Part shown: positions 18,336-26,490 of the stretch, in pieces
How the letters are laid out: every line of letters starts with the position of its first letter
Numbering within the stretch: position 1 is the stretch's first letter
IMG/VR virus record: IMGVR_UViG_3300017785_007220
Span: 1-32,623 of that record
Strand: one strand, 5' to 3'
Length of the DNA stretch: 32,623 nucleotides
Origin: a virus
Lineage: Duplodnaviria; Caudoviricetes
Position numbers and translations under genes: made by a program
The notes under the pieces: generated by a model
Told to the model about the DNA's origin: nothing
Databases searched by the model: none
The model's input: the letters and a program-made list of their open reading frames with translations, nothing else

Positions 18336-18588
18336 CACTCGCACTCTTTCGCACAAGACGGGGGGCGGCGCTCGCGGCGGGAGCCGCGCCGTCGCGGGGC
18401 TGACTCTTGAGGATGCGCCAATCTGGCCCTTTCTCCGATTTCTTGGGGGACGGGGTGCTGAAGACGACCACCCGCTGTTCGTGGGCACACGCGGGACAGG
18501 TTACCTGCCCAGACATAAAGATCTTCCCAGCGGTCGACTCCTTGATCCACAACACTCCGAGTTCGTTCTCGTCTTTTTGAAACGGCAT
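18310..18588 (-). CDS. Putative single-stranded DNA-binding protein (DUF736-like core, acidic DDDDSIPF tail), 92 aa
   Basis: ELGVLWIKES..GK.FMSG...KKSEKGPDWRI; SSB-type C-terminal tail; follows the annealase and exonuclease genes with TAATG coupling. Confidence 0.7.
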   Translation of the reverse strand: MPFQKDENELGVLWIKESTAGKIFMSGQVTCPACAHEQRVVVFSTPSPKKSEKGPDWRILKSQPRDGAAPAASAAPRLVRKSASDDDDSIPF

Positions 18589-19247
18589 TACACACACACC
18601 TTCAGGGGATACTTCGCGTTGAGATGAGTGACGAGGGTGTCCACCTCGTCGAGGAACGTCCGCAGCGCCGCGTCGTAGGCGTCGAGGTCCACCGCGTCGC
18701 GGGACACCGCCAGCGTGAAGAGCGGATACCGGGCAAACACGGGACAGTAGCTGGCGAAGTGAATCACCGACGCGCCGGTCAGCCAGAGCGCATGGGTGAG
18801 TTGCGCGATGTAGCGGGTCGGGATCGTGGTCGGGGCGTCGAGATAGTCCAGATGGGTCGCCATCCGGGGGCACTTCGTCTCGACCAAGATGTCACAGCCC
18901 GTGCCGACCACGCCATCAGGGGAATAGCCCACTGGCAGGGTGTCATGGGTGAGATACCCCACCGCCCGAATCGCGCCCGGCAGCGCCCCCGAGAGTTCGA
19001 GCGCGACCAGCGCCTCGGGTTCAAGATCCATCCCGCGCTGCATGTCCGAGGAGACAAAGGTCGGGCCGTCATCAGGCAGACCCGACAGGCGTTCCCGTGC
19101 CAGCAGCATCCGCAGGTCACGTCGACCGGCGGCTTCACCGCTGCCCTTGACCTTGGCTAACACATGTTCCGCTTGTGAGGCCGACACCCGTCCGCACCGC
19201 AGCGCAAACCACTCGGGCGTCCGTTGCTGCACGTGATGCTCGATCAT
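18588..19247 (-). CDS. YqaJ/lambda-exonuclease family protein, 219 aa
   Basis: QRTPEWFALRCGRVSAS, MQRG.DLEPEA, GYSPDG, ETKCP, Y..Q motifs. Confidence 0.9.
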   Translation of the reverse strand: MIEHHVQQRTPEWFALRCGRVSASQAEHVLAKVKGSGEAAGRRDLRMLLARERLSGLPDDGPTFVSSDMQRGMDLEPEALVALELSGALPGAIRAVGYLTHDTLPVGYSPDGVVGTGCDILVETKCPRMATHLDYLDAPTTIPTRYIAQLTHALWLTGASVIHFASYCPVFARYPLFTLAVSRDAVDLDAYDAALRTFLDEVDTLVTHLNAKYPLKVCV

Positions 19248-20005
19248 GACGGCATCGCCTTCACGGTGCGCTTGACCGCCGCCTTCACCCGAGCGATCCC
19301 CTCCGCATAGTTGGCGGGATCCCCAGAGAGGGGAAGGGCGAACGGCGGGGCGTCACCGACCGCCACCGTGACCGCACTCGCGGGCACACCCGACAGGGCC
19401 ATCGTCTGGACCAGTGCCACGGCGGGGGCCACGACGGCCTCCTGACGGGCCTTCAGGGCCGTCCAGAGGTGTTTGTCCTTGCCCCGCAGCACGGCGGCGT
19501 AGGCAGGTTGAAGCTTAATCGCCGCCACCAGTGCCTGAAAGTTCCCGGTGTCAGCAATGGGCGTGAGCGACTCCAGCCATGCGGCGTAGGCGTCCTGCGC
19601 GGCAGCGGCAGCGGCGTCCTCTTCCATCGGAGCGTCTTCCCCCGCGTAAATGTAGAGGCCCAGTCCGCACAGGGCAATCGCCTTGACTAGTGTGCGTTGC
19701 ATCGCTGAGTGAATCGCGAAGGCGTCCGGTCCCACGATGGCCTTGTTCTTATGGTCCATCACCGGGAGCCACGCCGTCTTCGACCGTCCCCCGACGGCCA
19801 CAGTGCAGCAGACCATCGCGGTGCCGTCCTGCAGGAGACAGACGGGCTGGTCGTTCCACAGGCGGTATTCCCATGAGGCATCGGGATCAATCCGCAGGAT
19901 CTGGTCCACGGCCCATGCCCAGGACAGATAGGTGAGTCCGCCCTTCTTCTCGGTGTGGTCGTTGACGTTGATGCTGGCGAGTGTGGCGTAGGTAATCTCG
20001 GTCAT
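19244..20005 (-). CDS. Sak3/DUF1071-like single-strand annealing protein, 253 aa
   Basis: INVNDHTEKKGGLTYLSWAWA...LPVMDHKNKAI...MQRTLVKAIALCGLGLYIYAGED. Confidence 0.88.
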   Translation of the reverse strand: MTEITYATLASINVNDHTEKKGGLTYLSWAWAVDQILRIDPDASWEYRLWNDQPVCLLQDGTAMVCCTVAVGGRSKTAWLPVMDHKNKAIVGPDAFAIHSAMQRTLVKAIALCGLGLYIYAGEDAPMEEDAAAAAAQDAYAAWLESLTPIADTGNFQALVAAIKLQPAYAAVLRGKDKHLWTALKARQEAVVAPAVALVQTMALSGVPASAVTVAVGDAPPFALPLSGDPANYAEGIARVKAAVKRTVKAMPS

Positions 20006-20193
20006 TCTGCCTCTCCCCGAAGGGTGTCAAGTTCGAGCTTCTCTTTGATCAGCGCGTCCACGGTCTGCTCTAACCAACTGTCCGTGGCCACGAGCCGTAA
20101 AATCGCCGCATTCACCATCGCCGCGCTGTCGCCGCAGGTCTCGCGCAGCACGCGGTAGAGGCGCGGGGGCATTCGTACGCGGAGCACCATCAT
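20002..20193 (-). CDS. Small ribbon-helix-helix-like protein, 63 aa
   Basis: Alternating VLRVRMP strand followed by two helices; coupled on both sides. Confidence 0.5.
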   Translation of the reverse strand: MMVLRVRMPPRLYRVLRETCGDSAAMVNAAILRLVATDSWLEQTVDALIKEKLELDTLRGEAE

Positions 20194-20333
20194 TGGACTC
20201 CCCAGCCGTAGGCGCGATCCGGGTCCGGGTCCGGCTCATCGTGATCATCGTGATCGTCGCGGTCATCGTCTCGCGTCTCCTCCCCATACGGGTCATCATC
20301 AGGAGGCGTGGTCTTCCAGTCGTCATAGGTCAT
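20190..20333 (-). CDS. Small highly acidic protein, 47 aa (not in the ORF track)
   Basis: MTYDDWKTTPPDDDPYGEETRDDDRDDHDDHDEPDPDPDRAYGWGVQ; GAGGTG RBS 5 nt upstream; its TGA overlaps the next ATG. Confidence 0.65.
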   Translation of the reverse strand: MTYDDWKTTPPDDDPYGEETRDDDRDDHDDHDEPDPDPDRAYGWGVQ

Positions 20334-20395
20334 CGCGGCACCTCGCCATGGCTCGTCTTTCACAGATCACAGACGTGCAGATCCGGCGTGACCAC

Positions 20396-20422
20396 AGTAT
20401 AAGAATGCTACAGATGTGTCAA
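20396..20422 (-). promoter_or_regulatory. Sigma70-like promoter for the recombination/replication operon
   Basis: Minus strand TTGACA-N15-TATACT; the spacer is shorter than the optimal 17. Confidence 0.5.
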
Positions 20423-20676
20423 GGGAGCCGTAATGTGGGATGCTTCCGGAGCAGGGACGCCCACGCCTGCGAGAGCTGGAGGCGCATACATAAGGACGGC
20501 CGTCGCACCCCTTGGTCCCACGCATGAATCGTCCGGGCCGAGAGGAGCCGCCCATCCTCAAAGATGAAGTGATCCGCAAAGTCTTGGCAGGATTCACGCA
20601 ACACCACGCGGCGAAAATGTTTAATCTGCGCGGGGACCCACGGGATCGGCACGTACACTGGTCGGGCTCTTGGCAT
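20419..20676 (-). CDS. XRE/Cro-like HTH regulator, 85 aa
   Basis: IKHFRRVVLRESCQDFA...LSARTIHAWDQGVRRP resembles HTH_XRE. Confidence 0.65.
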   Translation of the reverse strand: MPRARPVYVPIPWVPAQIKHFRRVVLRESCQDFADHFIFEDGRLLSARTIHAWDQGVRRPSLCMRLQLSQAWASLLRKHPTLRLP

Positions 20677-21125
20677 AGCACAAGAGTAGCACGGCGCTGC
20701 TATGGAGGTATCTCACCACTGAGATACACGCCCTCTATTCCCGCCATCTTCTATAGAAGAGGCACGGTACGGTGTCGGCGGCTCCCGTGTCTGGCCCCGC
20801 CTCAGTCCCCGAGAGAACCTAGCAACCAGACTATGTGCGCTGACTGGACCCCGGAAGGGGGATGGCATGGGCGAGAGTCGTCAGGGCGCGACGTTGCTCC
20901 CTCGCCAGTCGCACGACGAAAGGGTATGGGGTGACGCGACGGCTGACCCCAGCATCCGAGAGCGCGAACACATACAACGTGCCCCGCAGCGTGGGAAAAC
21001 CTGAGCAGGAAAAGTGAGGTAAGATGGAGACGTTGTCTCCGTCATACCGCAGCTCCTTCTGCTGTCTGACTGGTGGAGGGGATTTTGCCATTCCCTCCAC
21101 CGCTTTTCTGAGCCTATCATAGAAC

Positions 21126-21338
21126 ATGCCCCGCCGCATCTATGCCGACGATCCCGCCGTGTCTGCCGATTGGCAGGATCTACTGGGTCTCGAAGCCGAC
21201 AGCAACACGTATAACTGGCGGCATTATAAAAAAATCGCCCTGCGCCTCGCGGATCGCGTCGAGGCGTTGGAGCAGCAGTTGCGAGCGTTTACCGGCACCG
21301 CCCCTGTGCGCCGCGCGGTGAAACGTCCACCGGTGTAG
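21126..21338 (+). CDS. Hypothetical protein, 70 aa, with short coiled coil
   Basis: Protein-like composition (IALRLADRVEALEQQL); the only plausible plus-strand gene in the early arm. Confidence 0.45.
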   Translation: MPRRIYADDPAVSADWQDLLGLEADSNTYNWRHYKKIALRLADRVEALEQQLRAFTGTAPVRRAVKRPPV

Positions 21339-21861
21339 GGATCGACCAGAAGATCGACGGGTAGGCGTGGCTCAGGGCGGATCGAGGAACGACGAGCGGC
21401 ATAAACGCCCCCCGTGCGGCCCACGCCGATTCTGGTCGGGCCTCTGCCACGAACCGCGCGCGGGAGATTCCGCCGGTGAGGAGCGCATACCCATGCGTCT
21501 GTGGCACCAACACCTGCAGGAAATACTCCGCGATGACGTCGCTGACCACGAGACCAAAATCGTACTGGAGATTGTGTCGGACGCTGACCGCTTTCACATC
21601 GACGCGGGAGCCGTCGCGCAACGTGAAGTCTGCGTGACCGTCTCCGCCCGAATGGATGGCGAAGTTCACCGGCCAGCCGAAGTAGCGTCCGACTGCCACT
21701 TCGGCGAGCTTCCCCGCATGTTCCGCCTCGACGCGCTCAGCGGCGCTGAGGAACGACCGGCGGCGGTTAGGCTTTGTGGCGAGCATGTGCGCCACAAACG
21801 CATCGACCCGTGCGCGATCCTCGTGGGTGAGTACGACGCGGATGTCGGGCATCGCCGACAT
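21289..21861 (-). CDS. PD-(D/E)xK restriction-endonuclease-like protein, about 190 aa
   Basis: GKLAEVAV..YFG...GDG.ADF...DGSRVDVKA pattern. Confidence 0.6.
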   Translation of the reverse strand: MSAMPDIRVVLTHEDRARVDAFVAHMLATKPNRRRSFLSAAERVEAEHAGKLAEVAVGRYFGWPVNFAIHSGGDGHADFTLRDGSRVDVKAVSVRHNLQYDFGLVVSDVIAEYFLQVLVPQTHGYALLTGGISRARFVAEARPESAWAARGAFMPLVVPRSALSHAYPSIFWSIPTPVDVSPRGAQGRCR

Positions 21862-21917
21862 TATGTCCTGAGTCGCGCCGCGCGCGACCTCCCTCCCTCA
21901 GACGGGAGCGCGGGCGA

Positions 21918-22196
21918 TCACCACAACTGGGACCTGTCGCAGAGAATCGCGTCGCCCACAATTGGGTCGACCGCGCCGTAGACAAACAGGGCCGTCGCGG
22001 CGACGTTGACCGGTTTCGCCTCCAGTTTGCCTTCCTCGTCAATTAACAGGAGACGCCCATCATGCGTCGCGCACACCTCAATCAGTGACGCGTCGATGAG
22101 GTCATACGCCTCGCCGATGAACGTGAAATGTTTGCCGTTCTTCGGGGTAATGTCCCTGCGCGATCCATCCGCGCGGAGAAGTTGTGCCTGTGCCAT
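21918..22196 (-). CDS. DUF3846-like protein, 92 aa
   Basis: IE.....DG.LLLIDEEGKL...PVN..AT......D.IVGDAIL; GGAG RBS. Confidence 0.75.
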   Translation of the reverse strand: MAQAQLLRADGSRRDITPKNGKHFTFIGEAYDLIDASLIEVCATHDGRLLLIDEEGKLEAKPVNVAATALFVYGAVDPIVGDAILCDRSQLW

Positions 22197-22382
22197 GTCC
22201 GCTCCGTATGTGCAATCGCCCGCCCGCCCGCCCGCCCTAGGCGGGTCCGAGCCGGGGCGCGCTGCCGCTCGCCAGCGCGGGGCGTGCGCTCCAGGCACGT
22301 GCCTGGCGCGTCAGAAACGCGCTGTGTTATCGCTTGTGACGTGCATTGTGGCCTATTTTCGCCGCTTTCGCGTTGTGGTTCG

Positions 22383-22454
22383 CCACTCCCCTCCCCCACC
22401 GCCTATGGGAGCGGAGGCCTGCGGCCCCCACTCCCCTCCCCCACCGCCTATGGG
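22383..22454. repeat. 2 x 27-bp perfect direct repeat, period 45
   Basis: ccactcccctcccccaccgcctatggg at 22383-22409 and 22428-22454. Confidence 0.9.
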
Positions 22455-22537
22455 CTGTGGCAGCGTGCGGCGACTTGCGCGAGTGCCCAGAGCGCGAGCA
22501 GCCCGAGCCACAGACGCCACTCACGTGCGCGGTTCAC
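22448..22537 (-). CDS. Possible 29-aa hydrophobic peptide
   Basis: The GTG overlaps the peptidase TGA; MNRAREWRLWLGLLALWALAQVAARCHSP. Confidence 0.35.
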   Translation of the reverse strand: MNRAREWRLWLGLLALWALAQVAARCHSP

Positions 22538-23448
22538 TGATACCGCCGCGAGGCTGGCCGGTCGAAACTGTATCTATCGTAGATCGCGCGCAAGTCCCAA
22601 TCCTCCACCCCGTCACGACCGCTGGAGGTGTCCCACCAACGCGCGCCGAGCACCGTCGCTAGCGGCTCCCGCGCGGCAGGCTCGCGCTCAGCCACGAGCG
22701 CGCCCTCGTCGAACGCGAGTAGCGCGTCGAGCAGTGCCAGCGCGTAGCGCGCGTCCTGCGCCTCGCTCTGTGTGTGCTGGCCGGTGTAGCCCACCGCCAC
22801 ATTGCTGCACTCGCCGATCAGGTGGACGAGTTCTGCCGTGTCGGTGTAAACGCCGTGCGCCAGCTGGTGTACCGGGAGCCCCGGCCCGACCAGCTGCGCC
22901 GAGAGTGACGCGGCGAAGGCGTCCGAGCAGCACCGCGAGCCGCGCTGATGCGTGATCACCTCGCCCGTCCCCGGTCGGTCCAGCGCAATCGCGTAGCGCA
23001 ACCCCGCGAGCCGCTCAGGCTCGTGCGCCGCGAGCCACGAGGACCCCTCGCAACCGACCTCCTCGCCATGAAACCACGTGTAGTGGCCCGGCACCCCGGC
23101 GAAGACCATTTCCCTCAGCAGCCAACAGCCGGTCGTATCGTCCGCGCCGAGGCACGCCGCGCGCTCGCCCCGCGCCAGTGCAATCCGCCCCATCACGTCC
23201 ATCACGAGCCGCTGCGGTGCGCCGACGCGGTGACAGGTGTCCGTGTGCGCAGTCCAGAGCACCTGCGACGGCGTGCCGTCAGGTTGCGACACGCTGTGGT
23301 GGAGGTTCCCACCGCCATCCTTTGTCGCCCAGTGTAGCCAACGCTGCCGCCACTCCCTCTCTGCCGCGCTCCCCGCTGGGCGTCCCACGCCGAGCATCTC
23401 CACTAGTCGCCCCAATCGCGCCGTGCGCCGTGCGCCTCGGCGACTCAT
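22534..23448 (-). CDS. M28/M20-clan zinc peptidase/amidohydrolase, 304 aa
   Basis: Metal-ligand motifs AHTDT, LGADD, GEEVG, ALDR, YTD and GY..QH...E. The ATG at 23448 overlaps the upstream TGA. No signal peptide. Confidence 0.8.
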   Translation of the reverse strand: MSRRGARRTARLGRLVEMLGVGRPAGSAAEREWRQRWLHWATKDGGGNLHHSVSQPDGTPSQVLWTAHTDTCHRVGAPQRLVMDVMGRIALARGERAACLGADDTTGCWLLREMVFAGVPGHYTWFHGEEVGCEGSSWLAAHEPERLAGLRYAIALDRPGTGEVITHQRGSRCCSDAFAASLSAQLVGPGLPVHQLAHGVYTDTAELVHLIGECSNVAVGYTGQHTQSEAQDARYALALLDALLAFDEGALVAEREPAAREPLATVLGARWWDTSSGRDGVEDWDLRAIYDRYSFDRPASRRYQ

Positions 23449-24812
23449 CGCGTCACCACCGCCGCCGCAATCTCCAGCGCGGTCGCACCCGCATCGCATG
23501 CAGTTTGCACCGCTAGTGTTAGGGCGTTCAGCGCTTCGGTCCTCACACACGGCGGGCATTTGCCGTCCACGCACTCCTCCACGGTCCATTCGTCGCACGC
23601 CTCGCATCGTGTCGCGTCTTGACAGTCCACGCAGAACCCGTCGTTGTCAAGCGACTCGTCGATCTCCAGCGGCTGCACGGGCTCGCCGCAACAGTCGCAA
23701 CTGAATGCCCGCTCGTCAGCGCATGTTTGGCAGTACCACTCCCCCGCTGCTGAAGTGATGCCCTCGTCGCTGTCTTCGAATACCTCGTCGCACTGGATAC
23801 ACGTGCACTGGGCGTCGTAACACCGGTCACAGAGATTATCCTCGCTGCTATCGCCCACTTCGCGTCGACAACCAGCCCGGCGACATAGTGCCGCGTGGTC
23901 GCAGACCTGTCCGTCCTGTGAACTCGTATTCACGCCCCCGCTGCCGAGCCGCAACCACTCGCCAGACGCGTCCACCTTTGCGCGGTCTGTGCCATCGACA
24001 TACGGCACGGAGAGCTCCCTGTTCGGCAGGACGATCCGCCGAATCTGTGCGCCGTCAAAGCTGCTCACGCGCTCCCAGCCCTCCGCATCGAGTCTCGCAA
24101 CGAGCCGGGGCTGGTCGCCATACACGCGTACGTACTGTTTGCGCTCTGGCCAGACCACAGCGCGGGCGATCAACGTGTCTTGCTCCGGCGTTGCGCCCAG
24201 CGTGCCGAGCCAAACAAGTGCAAGGTCAGAGTCCCCGTAGGCTCTGACGGGCGATGGGGTGTGACGGTCCCCGCTGATCCCGCCACTGTTCCACCGCTGC
24301 ATCCACTGGCCGCTGCCGCTCTGGTAGTGTCCGGCCATGCACGAGGTCCAGCTCGTCTTGATGTTGTAGACGCGCTCGATCTCGTCCGCTGTCGTCGCTC
24401 TGTGCATCGTCGCCTCCAGCGCGGCGCGCACTTCCCCGCAAATAGCCTCGCGCCCCGCTGCATCCACTTGCGGGCAAAACTGCACGAGATACCGACAAGG
24501 GGTGATGACGTCGCGCTTATCGCGATGGCCTTTCTCGGGCGATGGCGTGTATGCGACCATCCCCTCCCGCACCCGCGACAAGTGAGGAAAATGACCCGGC
24601 GGCGCCGACTGGACGAGTGACGCGGGCGCGTGTAGATACGTCCCGTCGCACAGGCGATCTCGCTCCCGCCTCGTCCACGTGTCATGCTCCGCTGCGCTCA
24701 GGACCACACTAATAGTCTGGCCGTCAGCGCGTGCGCCCTGCGCTTCTAGCGCCGAGTGATAAACCATGCCCTTCTCAATAGGCGCGCCGATCCCGTGGAC
24801 ATACCACGTCAT
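23445..24812 (-). CDS. Multi-zinc-finger early protein, 455 aa
   Basis: Central SCM...ARAVVW...RVYG...PYVD region and eight Cys-pair motifs in the C-terminal third. Confidence 0.75.
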   Translation of the reverse strand: MTWYVHGIGAPIEKGMVYHSALEAQGARADGQTISVVLSAAEHDTWTRRERDRLCDGTYLHAPASLVQSAPPGHFPHLSRVREGMVAYTPSPEKGHRDKRDVITPCRYLVQFCPQVDAAGREAICGEVRAALEATMHRATTADEIERVYNIKTSWTSCMAGHYQSGSGQWMQRWNSGGISGDRHTPSPVRAYGDSDLALVWLGTLGATPEQDTLIARAVVWPERKQYVRVYGDQPRLVARLDAEGWERVSSFDGAQIRRIVLPNRELSVPYVDGTDRAKVDASGEWLRLGSGGVNTSSQDGQVCDHAALCRRAGCRREVGDSSEDNLCDRCYDAQCTCIQCDEVFEDSDEGITSAAGEWYCQTCADERAFSCDCCGEPVQPLEIDESLDNDGFCVDCQDATRCEACDEWTVEECVDGKCPPCVRTEALNALTLAVQTACDAGATALEIAAAVVTR

Positions 24813-24997
24813 CGCGCACCGCCCTTGAGCGCGTCGAGCGCGCCCAGCGCGGTCCGGTAGAGACGGTCCGCACAGCGGACCTCTGCGTAAGTCGTCGCGT
24901 CTTCACAGGCTGCGTGATACGCCTCCGCGAGCGCCTCGTAAGCCCGCAGGTGCGCACGTTCAGCCTCGGTCAGTCGGTGGAGTGTAGTGGGTGTCAT
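24809..24997 (-). CDS. Hypothetical helical protein, 62 aa (first early gene)
   Basis: AGGA RBS; ATGA overlap with the next gene. Confidence 0.55.
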   Translation of the reverse strand: MTPTTLHRLTEAERAHLRAYEALAEAYHAACEDATTYAEVRCADRLYRTALGALDALKGGAR

Positions 24998-25062
24998 CAA
25001 TGTCCTACTTGCGGTAGTTGGCGGCGATGTCCGCGCCGCGGCGGTCGGTCGGTCGAGCTGTC

Positions 25063-25092
25063 AAGCTACCACACTTGTGTGATGGCCGGCAA
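25063..25092 (-). promoter_or_regulatory. Candidate early promoter with a palindromic operator in the spacer
   Basis: Minus strand TTGCCG-N18-TAGCTT with a TG extended -10; the spacer contains CACAC-AA-GTGTG. Confidence 0.4.
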
Positions 25093-26016
25093 GGGAGCGA
25101 CACATACCCCGCGCACAGTCAACGAGGGTCCAGGGGGTCCAAGGGCTCTGGGCACCGCACACGATGGGGCTCCACTCACGTGCTAGGCGTGCGCATCCTG
25201 GGTGCACGCCGGTCAAGTGGCAGGTGGGATTAGGGGGGTCGACCTAGATGGGTCATTCACCCTATTTGGGGGACTGCCCTCCCCCACCGGTCACTAGGCC
25301 GTCTGCCCGAATCCGAATCGCTTCGCCGTCCGAGCGATACTATATATATCTCGTCATCTCCCGCAAAATCCATGCACAACATGGATACGACAGCGGTGAC
25401 AGGCCTATCAGGGCACACAGGCGGGGGAGGTGGAGGGGCAGATGTACCAAGCAGAGAAGTGGCTTTCCGGACGTGCTCGCCCAGGATTCAGTGCCAAATT
25501 TGTTCCTACACCCACATGGACACAAAAAAGAGAGGGACGACGCACTGGAGCAACCCCGACGTCAGCATGTCCCTTCCAACATTTCTGGCACTGACCCCCT
25601 ACTCTTCTTTTCTCTTGTACTGTGTGTTGCCCTTCCTTCGGAAGGACAACCAGAGGAAAGGGAAGAGTGAGTGGGTAAGGCTCTCCCATGGTGTGGGAAA
25701 AGCCAGACCCGGAAAGACAACCGTCGGATGAGGGCGTCGTTGGGGTAGATGGGGCACAGGCGTTTGCCCATCCTCGTCCAGACTTATAGTGCGAACACCT
25801 GCGCACCCCGCATCGGCTCTAGTCGTATCGGGCTGTGATGCGCGTTCCGTGTCAGGGATGCGCCAGTCCGGCTCCCACCGTGAGGACTCGATGCACTGGT
25901 AGTCCTCCGTCCGTACACCACGCAGCCAGCGGTTGACCCTCCCTGCGCGGTGCGTAAAGTCTACCATAGACCGCAGGCGACAACGGGCGTATTTATGATA
26001 AGGTGACGCCACGTGT

Positions 26017-26490
26017 ATGCGAAATAGAAATCCGACGGGACGAAAGCCTGGGGGGGTCCTCGGAAACAAAGGTGGGCGAAAAAAGGGCGAGACGGTGGCG
26101 AACCATGCCATCGCCCTGTATGCGCCGGTGCGAGAAGTTGAGTCACTGCGGCGTGCGTACCGAGAAGCGGTCTCTCGCCGGTTTGACCGATTGGTCGAGG
26201 CGCAGCTCAGCGCGGCGGAAGGCGTGACCCATATGCAGGCCCGTGACGCTAAGGGCCGATGGGAAACCGTCGTCGACCCGCAGGTGATGCAAGCGCATCT
26301 GGATGCGGGCCATGAGACCTACCGGCTGTCGGCCATTGCCCCCAGCGCGCCCATCCTGAAAGACATCATGGACCGGACATTTGGGCAACCCAAGCAAAGC
26401 GTGGACATTGAACTGAAGCCCACGTCACAGCTCAGTGATGACGAACTGAAGGCCAACATGGCGGCACTGCTCAAGAAGCTTCAGGACTAA
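26017..26490 (+). CDS. terS: Terminase small subunit, 157 aa
   Basis: Basic N-terminus (GNKGGRKKG), DRTFGQPKQSVD motif and SQLSDDEL C-terminus; coupled to terL. Confidence 0.7.
   Translation: MRNRNPTGRKPGGVLGNKGGRKKGETVANHAIALYAPVREVESLRRAYREAVSRRFDRLVEAQLSAAEGVTHMQARDAKGRWETVVDPQVMQAHLDAGHETYRLSAIAPSAPILKDIMDRTFGQPKQSVDIELKPTSQLSDDELKANMAALLKKLQD

Noticed and set aside
20831-21139. 102-aa minus-strand ORF
   Set aside because: No motif, clear RBS or coupling; it may be real but cannot be supported from the sequence alone.
22383-22454. CRISPR mini-array
   Set aside because: Only two repeats with an 18-nt spacer, low-complexity C-rich repeats unlike known CRISPR repeats, and no cas genes.
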